Below, piece by piece: positions 37,852 to 48,963 of a stretch of 64,000 bases of DNA (its first letter is position 1; the number at the start of each line of letters is the position of its first letter). This DNA comes from Lepidodermella squamata (Eukaryota; Animalia; Gastrotricha), in contig JBLDXI010000011.1 in assembly GCA_047495785.1 (NCBI GenBank), positions 1,178,001-1,242,000 on the forward strand, in the 5' to 3' direction. The translations under genes were made by a program, and so were the position numbers. The notes beneath the pieces were generated by a model, which was not told where the DNA came from, searched no databases, and saw nothing but the letters and a program-made list of their open reading frames with translations.

Positions 37852-39025
37852 TTGTGAATTGTTTGTAATTTTTTGTTGAATTTTGTCTTAAATTGTTGAA
37901 ATGCGTTGTAGTATATGGTGTTGTAATTTCCGCTGTTGTTGAGCCCAATAAAACTTTTCCGCTCTTCGTTAGATTCTTTTGTTTAAACTCTTCGGTTCGG
38001 ACGCACTTCGGACGGTAGTTTTGCGGGTCTCCGATCCGATGTTCATTGTTGTGCGTGCGCCCGCTGGGTCGGACGCGCTATTGTTCAAACTTCGGGCGCG
38101 CAGGCCGAAGTGCGCGCGTTTGTGAAAGAAAATCTGAACGTCGGGCAACTATTACGCTACTTCGGTCGCCTATTACGAAACTTCGGGCGCCGAAAACGTC
38201 GGACGCTCGTCGGACGCATTTGTGAAAGCACCATTAGATTTAGGTTTGACAGTTTCTTTGTTCTTTCTCATACAGTCCTACAATGCCCTCTAAAATCTAG
38301 TGTCTATTTTAAGTTTAAATGGATACGATATCTGAATTCAGCAGCAAATGTTGATGCGGTTTCTGCAAGACGGATGGGATATTCATAATAATCGTCATTC
38401 GCGACTTCGAATTCTTCGCATCGCGCCATTTTACCTGAGGAACAGTAGCAGGGGGCCGTGATACGATTTACGATCCTGGATAGTACAATACATATCGATT
38501 TCAAACTTAATGAACTAAATGAACTTTTCCACCGAAAATCACAAGAAGCATTTTCGTCACCAATTTCTCAAATTTTATCCAAATTTAACGAGGATTTCAG
38601 GAAGGTTTACAACAGACTAGGTCTATCGAACGGTGAAACCCGCTCCAAAAAATTCCTCATGGTTACGGAGCTATTAAAAAACTGCGAGGCAAAAAAATTA
38701 TCATCCGTACTTTATAAGGCTAGAGAGATTATCATGTTTGAGAAATTATCGCGAATGAAAAATTGGATGACATAGCAACAGAACAGGAGTTTCAAAGCCG
38801 CCACTGATTTTTTTACAAGTAATGAGCATCAAATCTTAGTTGAGCATAAAATAAACATTGGTATATATATAAGGATTGGTATATAAGAAATCGAACAATC
38901 AACTAATAATCAATAAATTACGCAAAATCACGCATTCGACGTTTCTATAGAAAAATCGAAATATTAAGGCATTACTGCACATTTACGATGCCACCGAGAC
39001 TCTAATAAAAAATAAAAAAATATGT

Positions 39026-39399
39026 TCAATGCATATAACGACGCGTTTGGCGGCCGTCGATGAGCTGCTGCAGCCATTGTCGCATGTTGCTTTTCAGCTC
39101 TTCGTAGATATCTTCTCGCAGGTTCTCGCTGTTGTTCTGGTCCAGCAAGATGTCAACACAATTTTCTGCAGCGCTGTCGATTGTACATCTAGCATCATCC
39201 AGATGGTACTCAATCTGATGCGCGATTCGATCCTCAGCCTGTAAAAAATGATAAAACCTGGAAACAAAATTAATCACTTCCTTTCAATACTCACCTCCTC
39301 GACAATTCGCTCAACAGTTGCAATTTGTTCATCGGTTAGCGGACTCGGCGGCCGGCGAAAAGTGTTTTTCGGGGCCGTTAGCGTTTCGGGAATACGCAT
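39026..39399 (-). CDS. Hypothetical 105-aa protein (exons 39399-39295, 39238-39026)
   Basis: 56-nt phase-0 intron (gtgagt...ttacag) joins two open exons; acidic and helical; downstream AATAAA-like region unclear; no recognisable family. Confidence 0.5.
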
Positions 39400-39696
39400 C
39401 TTCGGTTTCTGATTTTCCTAAAAGCGCTGAATATGAAAATTACCGTACTTAACGAATTTTTAGGCAGGACCCAATTACAGGGCAGAACCGAAATAAAGGG
39501 CAGAGTGTAATGGTCATTTGAAATAATAAAGGGCAGAACCGTATTAATAGGCAGGGCCTTGTATGAAGTGGCTCACCTGAGCGCTGGGTTGGTGGTTAAT
39601 GTGGATAGGTTGCGATTTCTCGTCAGTAAGAGCACTCTACAGTGAGGCGCCTTTGATTGCTAATAATCCTTGAGATTGATTGCAAGCCGGTTTAAA

Positions 39697-39697
39697 A

Positions 39698-39733
<36 letters not shown>
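39697..39733. repeat. (AAAT)n microsatellite
   Basis: About 9 tandem AAAT units. Confidence 0.9.
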
Positions 39734-40058
39734 CGTCCTTTATCCACCCTAATCCATTTGAGCACACACTTCACGCGTGTGCTCAAAGGTGGAAGGCAAA
39801 AGCTATAGTGGTTATTCGGCGGTTTAAACTGTTGATCTTGGTACTGTTCAGGTGACTGATTAGGTTCGAAAAAATTATAGGGCAGACCCTAAATACAGGG
39901 CAGGACTTGAACCTCGTTCGAAAAAATAAAGGGCAGGGTCTTATAATTCGTAAAATATGTGTCGTAGGGGAACACGCGCATTAGATGAAAGCGCGTTCCG
40001 CTAGAAATCGCTTTTATTCCGAAATGCGCGCTTTCCGCAGGCTGTTCATCTGAAAATG

Positions 40059-40312
40059 AAGTGAACGACGAGAAATTCAAATTTCGCGTTTTCCTGAATG
40101 TTTTTCACTGCAAATTAAATTTGTATTTGAAAACAAATTTAAAAGTGAACGACGAGAAATTCAAATTTCGCGTTTTCCTGAATGTTTTTCACTGCAAATT
40201 AAATTTGTATTTGAAAACAAATTTAAAAGTGAACGACGAGAAATTCAAATTTCGCGTTTTCCTGAATGTTTTTCACTGCAAATTAAATTTGTATTTGAAA
40301 ACAAATTTAAAT
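40059..40312. repeat. Perfect tandem repeat, 3 x 84 bp
   Basis: gtgaacgacgagaaattc... recurs at 40061, 40145 and 40229 with no visible mismatch. Confidence 0.97.
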
Positions 40313-40977
40313 ATTAAATAATGTAGATTTTGGAAATTTATAAAATATTTTGTTTACATTAGCAACGGAATTTTGTTCGTTCGTTGTGCAACGAGCGGGC
40401 GCGGTTGCGGCGTGGAGAACTCTCTCGATTTCTAAACGTAATAGCTGGAAGCTTTTAATATTGATTTTCAAATTCTTCGTATTCGATTTAGCAATGAACA
40501 AACAAAATTCCGTTGCTAATTCATCTAGTGGCATTCTCCTCTGACGGCTTTGATTAGCACAATCTTGGACTTGAAGACTCCATCCTTGAGGTGCGAAGCC
40601 AGGCGCCCTTTCAAATCGCCATTAAACCAGTAATCATCCACCACTAAGTATGGTGAATTCAGCTTGCGAGCTTGTTTCTGGAAGAAACCGGCCTCTTTCG
40701 CTTCAAACTTCGTTTCACCACCAGCCTGTTGCTTAGGCGGTCGCCAGTTCGTCGGCTTCCGGCCAGCCTGAAGTTTTTGCTACGACCCGATTTGGTATTT
40801 TCGTCGAGCGGCGTTCAACTGTAGCGGAGCCAAATTTGCCTGTAAAATTTGACTGTAGCGGAACCAAAACGCCAGAAATGCATCACAAGTTCACTTCATT
40901 TGAAATAGGTACTAAATGGGCTTCATCTCAGCTTCACAGTTCAGAATCATAAATGATTTGCGTGCAAAGTAATAAAA

Positions 40978-42779
40978 TTATCCAGTCGTTATTAAGGTCA
41001 AATCTGTCAGATCTTTATCTTGAGTCCAGTTCAACCTCGCCACCATAATTGGGTTCCAAGCATGTGGACATTTCTCATTTAAACGCAAGCGTTCAAGATG
41101 CGAAGGCAACGCTAATGGCCGCTTCGATAGATCATCGAATTCAAACAAAAATTCGTAGCTATTCACTTCACTCCACCTCGAGTAGTTCGCGCAGAATTCG
41201 GGCTTTTGTTCGAGCTCAGTCAGCCCGTAGCAGTAGCCTTTTCTCAGAGCGTGGACTAAAATTCCATCAGTTACTTTACCGGGTGCAAAATATGTCCAGT
41301 GTATCGATAAATGGGGTCGTAGTCTCGATATTATTTTTCTGCTGATTCCAGCTTCAGATAAATTTGCCACCTGGCCGTATGGTGCTGGACCCGGCCAATT
41401 GGGCTCGACCTCGTTGACAATCCAGTAGTAGTCATCGCGAAAGTGCCGCCAAAGTATGGTACACATCATGTTGTACTCGGAGTAGAGGCCGTATCGGCCG
41501 AATGCAGCGAAAGCTTCGTCGAAGGTCTTTGTATTTCTCTGCTTTCTGATGACTTCGCGGATGAAATGCAAGTGGGCAACCTTGACGATGACCGGGAAGA
41601 AGCACATGCAATTGAAGACTTCTGAAATGGATTAACTTTTTTAGAAAAAGCATCTTTTGAACTTTGAATTTGCGTGGCCACATTGAACTATTGAAACTTG
41701 ATGAAACAGTACAATTTCGATTGGGGAAATCCTGATCAAAAATCAAAACCATCATACCGAATAAGGGGTATCGTACCCCCTATAGTTCTTCAGGCCAAAA
41801 TGGAAATACCCCCGTAAAATCACAGGTTCTTTGGTCGTAAAATTGGGGCCCGAAAATACCCCCTAGCTTGAGGAACCTACTCCTCACAAACCTCGGGGTT
41901 CTTCAGGAAAGCTTGACAGAAAACAATCATTATTTCATAATTCATAATTACTATTGTGACGTTCTGATCTGGAACCCTCGCCCTCATGCCGTAGAACCGC
42001 TCAACCGAATTAAAGGTGGTTCCATGCAACCATACCCTTGCAATATGTAAAAGGATCGTCCCTCTAACGTAGCAATCTTTGGAACCTAAATTTGGTCTAT
42101 AATGCCTTAATACAGCAAAGGCATCAACACTCACCTTTGAATCCAGTATAAGCGTAAGTGTTGCCTGGAACTCGGTACCAATTACCCAGCCAGCCTTCTC
42201 TCGGTCGTCCGTATAACGGTCTCAGTACAGGTTTGCCATCAATGAAAGATCTCGGCCTGTAATCCGAGTGACAAACGCTGTATCTGTATCAACAAATCCA
42301 ACATAAGTCGCATTAGTCCAGTTGTCAGCCCACATTTTCAACCACTGGGACTTGTCCCAACCCGGGCAAGGAAACACGCGTTGAGTAAGGACTGTCCTAA
42401 CCTGAATCCCATCGAATGACGCCATGGCTCGTTTTTCAACCCGATCAGCAAAATGCCGGACGTTAGGATCTTCAATATCGGTGACAATGGATAATTTCAA
42501 CTCCTGATTCGTAGGCCAGAACATGGCTAGAGTTGGAATGAACCAGGTTGATGTCTCCATTTCGCCGACTTCATTCGAAGGCGTAGTCAGCATCAATTCA
42601 ATATCGGGCCATTTCTCATTGCAATTGTCATTATTACCAAACGAAAATTTGTCGATGACGAAATCACGGAAATGTGACGAATGGTTATAGCCTTGTCTTA
42701 CAAGGTTGAATAACAAATATATTGAGCTAAAAACCGCGAGCAGTATTTTTAGTGGTTTGAGGTAAACAGTCAGGGGCAT
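40978..42779 (-). CDS. Type II membrane GT-A-like (DxD) glycosyltransferase-like protein A; exons 42779-42135 and 41621-40978; 1-nt frameshift at ~42246
   Basis: N-terminal TM; GWDKSQWLKMWADNWTNATYVGFVDTD; NCMCFFPVI; YSEYNMMC. Colinear with paralog 61270-63144 with the same phase-1 intron; adding one T restores DLFIDGKPV. Confidence 0.78.
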
Positions 42780-43354
42780 TTTATGTATTGCAGTGGTACA
42801 TTCAGAGACCTGCCTGTGAATATACTAAGGCATTATTATTAGTCACAGAAGGAATCAGCGACATTAAGAGTTAAGAGGATTAACTTTGAATACGCACATA
42901 CTACCATAAGAATTTTATTCCTTCACACCGATTAAAAATAATCCCATATGATATATGATATATCTACAATAGAATTCATTATATCGACTGCAATTTTAGC
43001 TACGTGTTAGTTTTATGTTTAATGTCATGTTGAATGAAATCGGATGATTTAATGAAGGCAGAGCCATTCGGTGTTGCATCGTTCGAATTTTCGCCATGCC
43101 ATTTCCTTAGCCGATTCGCCTATACAAAATTATTGTCAATCGATCTCAAAACTCATCAGCTGAATTTGATAAAAATTCGCTGAATTCAACAATGTGCATG
43201 TATATGCAAATTAGGCGCGATACGCTCTTTGAGATAAGCTGCGGCACACGCAAAGGGCTCTCGTAGTGTCTCGTAGTTGGCGATGAGCTAGGTAAAAGGG
43301 ACCCTTATGCCGATTTTTGTAATCCTTACCAGTTCCACTGTCCCACTTCGCTCT

Positions 43355-43851
43355 ATCATTATAGGGCGACTTTGCAGTCACGTGAATAAGGTCAAAGTCC
43401 GTCTGTTTTTTTCTGGTCTTGGTCGCGCGGTCGCGCAGTCGTTGTGGTCGGGCGGTCGTGTAAAAAAATGCTCACTTAAAAATGAGAGAAAAAAAACGAT
43501 GCACCACCAGGAGTCGAACTAAGGATGTTGGAATAAAAAGCCATGTTTTTGATCCACTACGCCACCAATTCATGGCAATTAAGAGTTTCTATCAGTGGAT
43601 CCGATTAGCAACAATATGGGTGTAAATATTTCTTCAACTGGTGGCGTAGTGGATCAAAAACATGGCTTTTTATTCCAACATCCTTAGTTCGACTCCTGGT
43701 GGTGCATCGTTTTTTTTCTCTCATTTTTAAGTGAGCATTTTTTTACACGACCGCCCGACCACAACGACTGCGCGACCGCGCGACCAAGACCAGAAAAAAA
43801 TAGACGGACTTTGACCTTATTCACGTGACTGCAAAGTCGCCCTATAATGAT
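43355..43851. mobile_element. Palindromic element: 213-bp arms (43355-43567, 43639-43851), each containing a tRNA-like segment
   Basis: Arms are near-perfect reverse complements; TGGCGTAGTGG (A-box) ... GTTCGACTCC (B-box) ... GGTGCA followed by a T-run. Confidence 0.85.
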
Positions 43852-43861
43852 GCATAATTAT

Positions 43862-46364
43862 CCTGTATCGTTACATGCGCCGATTTTTTTTGCGCATCAT
43901 AGATTGCGCAATGTAACATGCGCATTACCCATTTCCTATTTTTTAAATTGAGCATTTCGCAAATGCGGAATACGAAGTTGCGCAAATTTTTTTGTTTGCG
44001 AATTTGCTCAATTCTAAAATACGGAAATGGGTAATGCGCATCGTTACATTGCGCAATCTATGATGCGCAAAAAAAATCGAGCGCATGTAACGATAGGATG
44101 ATTAGTAATCCGTTTTTATTGTTAATTCGTTCTTCGTTTATAGTAAAAATGAGCGTGAAAAATGTTTAGATTGTTCCGATTTGAAGGTTAAAGAAAAAAG
44201 TTTAAAGAAACATGTTGATCACAATTTGAATTGAAAGCGAAAGGTGTTCAAGTTCTGACGATGAGATGGACTGGGTTGGGCTCAGTCGTCCAGATCGGCG
44301 AGTAGGCGAGCGCAGTAGCGGACGTAGTCTGCTTGATTGACGTTGCCAGCAACGAAGCGGTCGTGCAGGATCTCCACCCTGCGTTGCAAGCGCTCATACT
44401 TGCGATTCAGACGCACCGTGTCGGCTGCAGACGCAACTTGCTCCCGGCGAGCTCGAGCCGCCGCTTCCTCCTTGCCGAATTGCTCGACAACCTCCCAGAT
44501 GTTGGGGTGAGGTTTTCCCAGGCACTTGTTCAATCGATAGTGCCATCCTACAAAACAGAATTGAAAGTGAGAAACAACTACTCGCGTCACTCTTACCTTC
44601 AGCGTGGTTGTTGGTCCTGACGCTGCGCTCCCAAACATTCCAGTGAGCTGGAGGATTGTCACGCAGCCATGTTTGTTCGACATAGGCGAAATAGCGGTCG
44701 AGGACAGCGGGCGCATCGTTTCGGATGGTCTCGATATGCGCGGCGACCAGGTTGACAGGAAGGAAGGCGGTTGCAGTCGTCTCCCGAACGATCGTGCGGA
44801 CGTTGTTGGCGTTCTCGCGGTAGGCGACCTGATGGAGAAAGTGATTTGGATCAAATGTAAAAAAATGAAAATTTACATGATTACATACCTTCAATCCCAT
44901 TTCCACGGTCACAAATCGGTAGTGACATTGGGTGAAATGAAAGAAACACCCGCAAAAGTCAAACGGCTGTCCGTTGCCGAACTCATCCTGAAGAGCAGGG
45001 ATCAAACCGGTTTCAAAGTCTGCCGTGGCAGATTGCGGCTGGAATCGTAGATCGCGATCGATAGCAACGTCTTTCAGTGACCTGAAGAACCTTCCGTAAA
45101 GGCGGCGTGTCTTGCGAGTGAGTAGGCCGTAAACCAGCGGCTGGATGAGATCAGGCTCCGTTTCAGCGTGCAACGTGAAGATCTGCATGAACTGAGGCGG
45201 AGAAGACTTGAACGTTCCGTCCATATAGACGCGTTCCGCGTTGGTGAGCAAGTTGAAGTCTTCGGGTGAAGCGAACGCAGCAAAACAGCCATCATTGGTC
45301 ACCTCGGCTGACAGTAAGAACGGCCTATCGATCGAAGTTCTTATGAATCTGTCGTAAAAAGAAAAATATAAGAATTCCATTGGATAATCTAATAAAATCG
45401 CTTACCTTCGAAAACGTTCATCATCCTCGTTTTCGATCAGCATTTCGACGAACTGCTCGGCGTTGTCGGGGTTTGCCGGTAAATGAAGGCGTCGCTGGCG
45501 GTACAACGCTCCAGAGGCAGATGCGAAACCCGGTAGCAGCATAGCTGCTTCTGGGTCCACATCATTCAACTAGAAAGATGGTGAAGTTAGTTATTTTTTA
45601 CAACGACGAAATTTGGCAATACCTCTGTCAGGTAGCGTTCGTAAATTCGGGGTGCAGGTTCCCGGGTAGTGCCAGCCGCCATTTTCATGAGACTTTGAGC
45701 ATGTTCCTTCGCGAGCCGCTGCTCATTGGGTGGGTGGCTGTGATCTCGAGCCAGCGTCCACAGACCATCGTGTTCCACAACCCGACCTTGACAATGGCTG
45801 CGCAAGCAACGGCCGTTTTCGCGGTACCCATAGCCGTTTACCATGATTTTCGGGCGCCCTGAAAGGAAAGAAAATTAAACAATAATTCGAAACAGGATCC
45901 AGGTTGAGAGAACCTTTAGTTGTAGTTGACATTACTGCCTCCCCAACATCGGCATCCATCTCTTCATCTTCCATAGCATCCATTTCCATTTCATCAGCTT
46001 CCGCCATTGTTGAATGTAAAATGAGTGAGATATAGTTATAGAAATTGATGTTATCGATGAATCTTCAAGCCTTTTCGACCAGCTTAAATACTGGAATCCA
46101 CTGCCAATTAAGATAGTCGTGTCAAATTTATTGGTGCGCAATTGTTTCTCCGCTCAACTATAATTTGCGAAACTGGGTTATGCGTAATTGCTGTAATGCG
46201 CAATGAACGATGCGCATCATAATAATTGCGTAACTGGATAAGCCCATATTCCAAAATTATAAAAAACTAAAGCTGAAAAAACTAAATCCCATCTGAGGAA
46301 TGCGCTAATACCTGAGCGCAAATACCCCATGCGCAAAAAAAATCGGCGCATGTTACATACGACC
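43862..46364. mobile_element. Mutator-like (MULE) transposon, apparently autonomous
   Basis: 9-bp direct repeat CATAATTAT at 43853-43861 and 46365-46373; TIR core acatgcgccgattttttttgcgcat; transposase gene inside. Confidence 0.88.
44282..46007 (-). CDS. FLYWCH-MULE transposase, six exons
   Basis: KG|RPKIMVNGYGY...C..C...HSH (FLYWCH-like), YMDGTFK, VYGLL, ADFETGL, GCFFHFTQ, RTNNHAE|GWH, HPNIW; five ~50-60 nt introns join all pieces in frame. Confidence 0.9.
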
Positions 46365-46626
46365 CATAATTATGTTCTCGTCAGTCTCAATGGTTCCCCC
46401 GGCGCAACCGCGGCAGCTGTTGCCAATCAAATTATGATCAATTAAATATAATTATTAAATCTCTATTGGAGATCTGAAACGAAAATTGAAGCAGCGCGCT
46501 TTAAGCACACCTGCGCTCTGCGCTGACCCCCTTCTATCCTATATAATAGCCACTCAGCAACAAAAATGAACAGACAGAATGGTTGATTTAATGTATCTTT
46601 TTCATTATTTATTACAATGGATCATG

Positions 46627-48093
46627 TCATATGTAACATCCGCGTAAATTCTGAAACATCATAACAGGCTGGTGGTTGTTCATTCCGTTAAAGTATTCAT
46701 AGCCGATGAAGCGCCAGCATTCACTCATCATTTGATAGCGTTTCGGCCCATACATTCTATTCTGGTTGAACTGAACGGTATCTGAACCAAGGGGCACGCC
46801 TAAAAGCAGCAATCCCCCGGGTTTTACGATACAACTTATTTTAGCCATTTCCATAAGATCACCATCCGGATTCAACGGATCACTGTACCTGCCTAGACCG
46901 CTGTGCTCTAGGCTTGAAAAACTGACGGCGAAGTCGTAGTGGCCGAAAACTTTCCCCGAGCTGATCATCTCCTCGAATTCTTTAGCGTGAATGTAAGACA
47001 TGTAAGGATGCTTCGGTGGGAATATCCCGCTAAGATCGAGATAGTCAACAGTGGTCACGTGGCTGCCTGTGACTTTCAAAATTTCGTGCTCGACCCACGG
47101 GTAGTAAGACCCTATGACAACGCTGCGTTTGTTCATAAAGTAATCAGGGTACTTTTGGAAAAAATGACGCATCTTGCCATGGGCGTCTACTGTATAAGTG
47201 TATTTCATGGGCCTTGCTGTTGGCGAGGATAAAACTTTTGTTCCCGACGATTCCGTAATATTGACAAGGTATCGCCACTCTGCCTCGCAGTCTGATGTAT
47301 CCGCCGCTTTGTCCGGGGTGTATTCCTCGATAATCTTATCGTTATTCTCGGCAGTAAACCACGGTTTGCTGTGTTCGATGAACCTGTCCCTCTCGCCGCC
47401 GTAATAAACTTGTTTGAGCTCGCCAAACTTAACCGGCCGCTCGTATTGTCTGATACTTCTGCACAGGGGCTTGAGAACATTCAACCGCCAATAGTCGGTA
47501 AAACTTGACAAATTGTACGCAGAAAGACCTCGGTTTTTCAAATAACGAAATTCCTTGAAATCGCCGTTGGATTTCTGTATCCCTGCATAGCTCTCAGCTA
47601 GAATCGCCTCGTTGTAATCATTTTTTATGGCGAGAAATGGGAAGCCAGCCTTGTATTCTTGCCATGGCATGAACCAGCCAGCTAGTTTCGCCTTCATCTC
47701 CTCGGTCATGGGCTCCAACGCCTCGATTTTATCAATCAGCGGGCAATTAACTGCCGCAGCCGCTTCCTTGTCAAAGTTGTCTAAACATCGCGCGCAGAAA
47801 CCAGGCAAACGAGGCGAAGAGCTGTCTCGCACTACGACTGTATCTAAGGATCTGAATCAGACGTGTAACGTTCATGTTAAACTTTGCTTTCAATAAAAAT
47901 ACCCTTGAAAATTCTTGATGACTTCAGGTGAAGGAACGGGTGTTATTACTGGCCTGATGGATTGAGGCGGTGTTTCAGTGCTAAAAAGGAAGTTGAGCGA
48001 AATTATGGCCACGAAGGTTATCAATAGGGCTACGGCTGCTCGTATGTGACCGCGAGATATGCGGCCTCTAATATATTCATGAAAAATCTTCAT
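46627..48093 (-). CDS. DUF268-family SAM-dependent methyltransferase-like type II membrane protein (exons 48093-47903, 47851-46627)
   Basis: TM AAVALLITFVAIISLNFLF; 51-nt intron; VVIGSYYPWVE, YDFAVSFSSLEHSGLGRYSDPLNPDGDL, KPGGLLLLGVPLGSD and RMYGPKR are typical DUF268 motifs. Confidence 0.88.
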
Positions 48094-48963
48094 TGAAATA
48101 ACTTGATTGAATCGAGAAATGTTGTCACAACGAGCAACAATGCACTAGGATTGTTTTGCGTGGTTTTATCGAACGGTCCATTTCGAAGTAACTCAAATGG
48201 ACGGCAAAGAAAGCTAAGCCCTATCATTGCTTACTTGTGAACACACCGTCAAACTATGAAAGATCAACCGGCGAAAGAAGGTTTTAACGAGAGTAAGCCA
48301 AGACAAGCACTAGTTGATTCACAGGGTTCATCAAATCATTGTTCATAATCGCTTCGGAAACTCGAATTTGCAAATGCATTCCTAACCAGTTATTTACAAT
48401 GAATGTATTTCTAGAAATAAATGGGACAGCAGGAAAAAACGTAGCGAGCTGAAAATTTTTGAATTCAGAACTTATCAACGGTGAAAATGAGAGATTATTT
48501 GGCGAACTTTGTTCATTTGCATTAGTACATGGTAAACCCGCTGTCTCTCTGAGCCTTGAAACCCCCTTAAACAATTTGGTTTGGCCCATTCGTTAAAACG
48601 GCCCTGCATATACTTACGGGTTTTCTATTATTGATGAACAATCGGACCAGTCATATTCCAACATGGCAAACTATGTTTAGGATACCTACACGAAAACCGC
48701 AATTTCGCTTTACAAGGGGCAGAATACGGGCTGATAGCTGATTTAATGTTTCATTACCAATTTGATCGGGATGATACAACCCATACAACCGATTGTGATC
48801 ATTCGTGACAGCAAACGAATCGTACAGCTCGTTTGAGCCCTATCGTTCAGCGCTCAGTTTAAAGCCTGTTTTGCTAACAACAAGCAAGATCAACATAATA
48901 GCTGTACTTTATTCGCATGACGACATTGAGCAGCAAACGAAACCTAATAAGATCATTCGTTAA

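Larger units (their letters stand above)
35621..38233. mobile_element. PIF/Harbinger transposon, internally deleted
   Basis: 26-bp TIRs TGGTGCTTTCACAAATGCGTCCGACG, TTA target duplication on both sides, transposase and MADF remnants in divergent orientation. Confidence 0.95.

Noticed and set aside
40059-40312. CRISPR-like array or 86-aa repeat protein
   Set aside because: Units are fully identical with no spacers, there are no cas genes and the context is eukaryotic; the ORF is a by-product of an 84-bp (multiple of 3) repeat.
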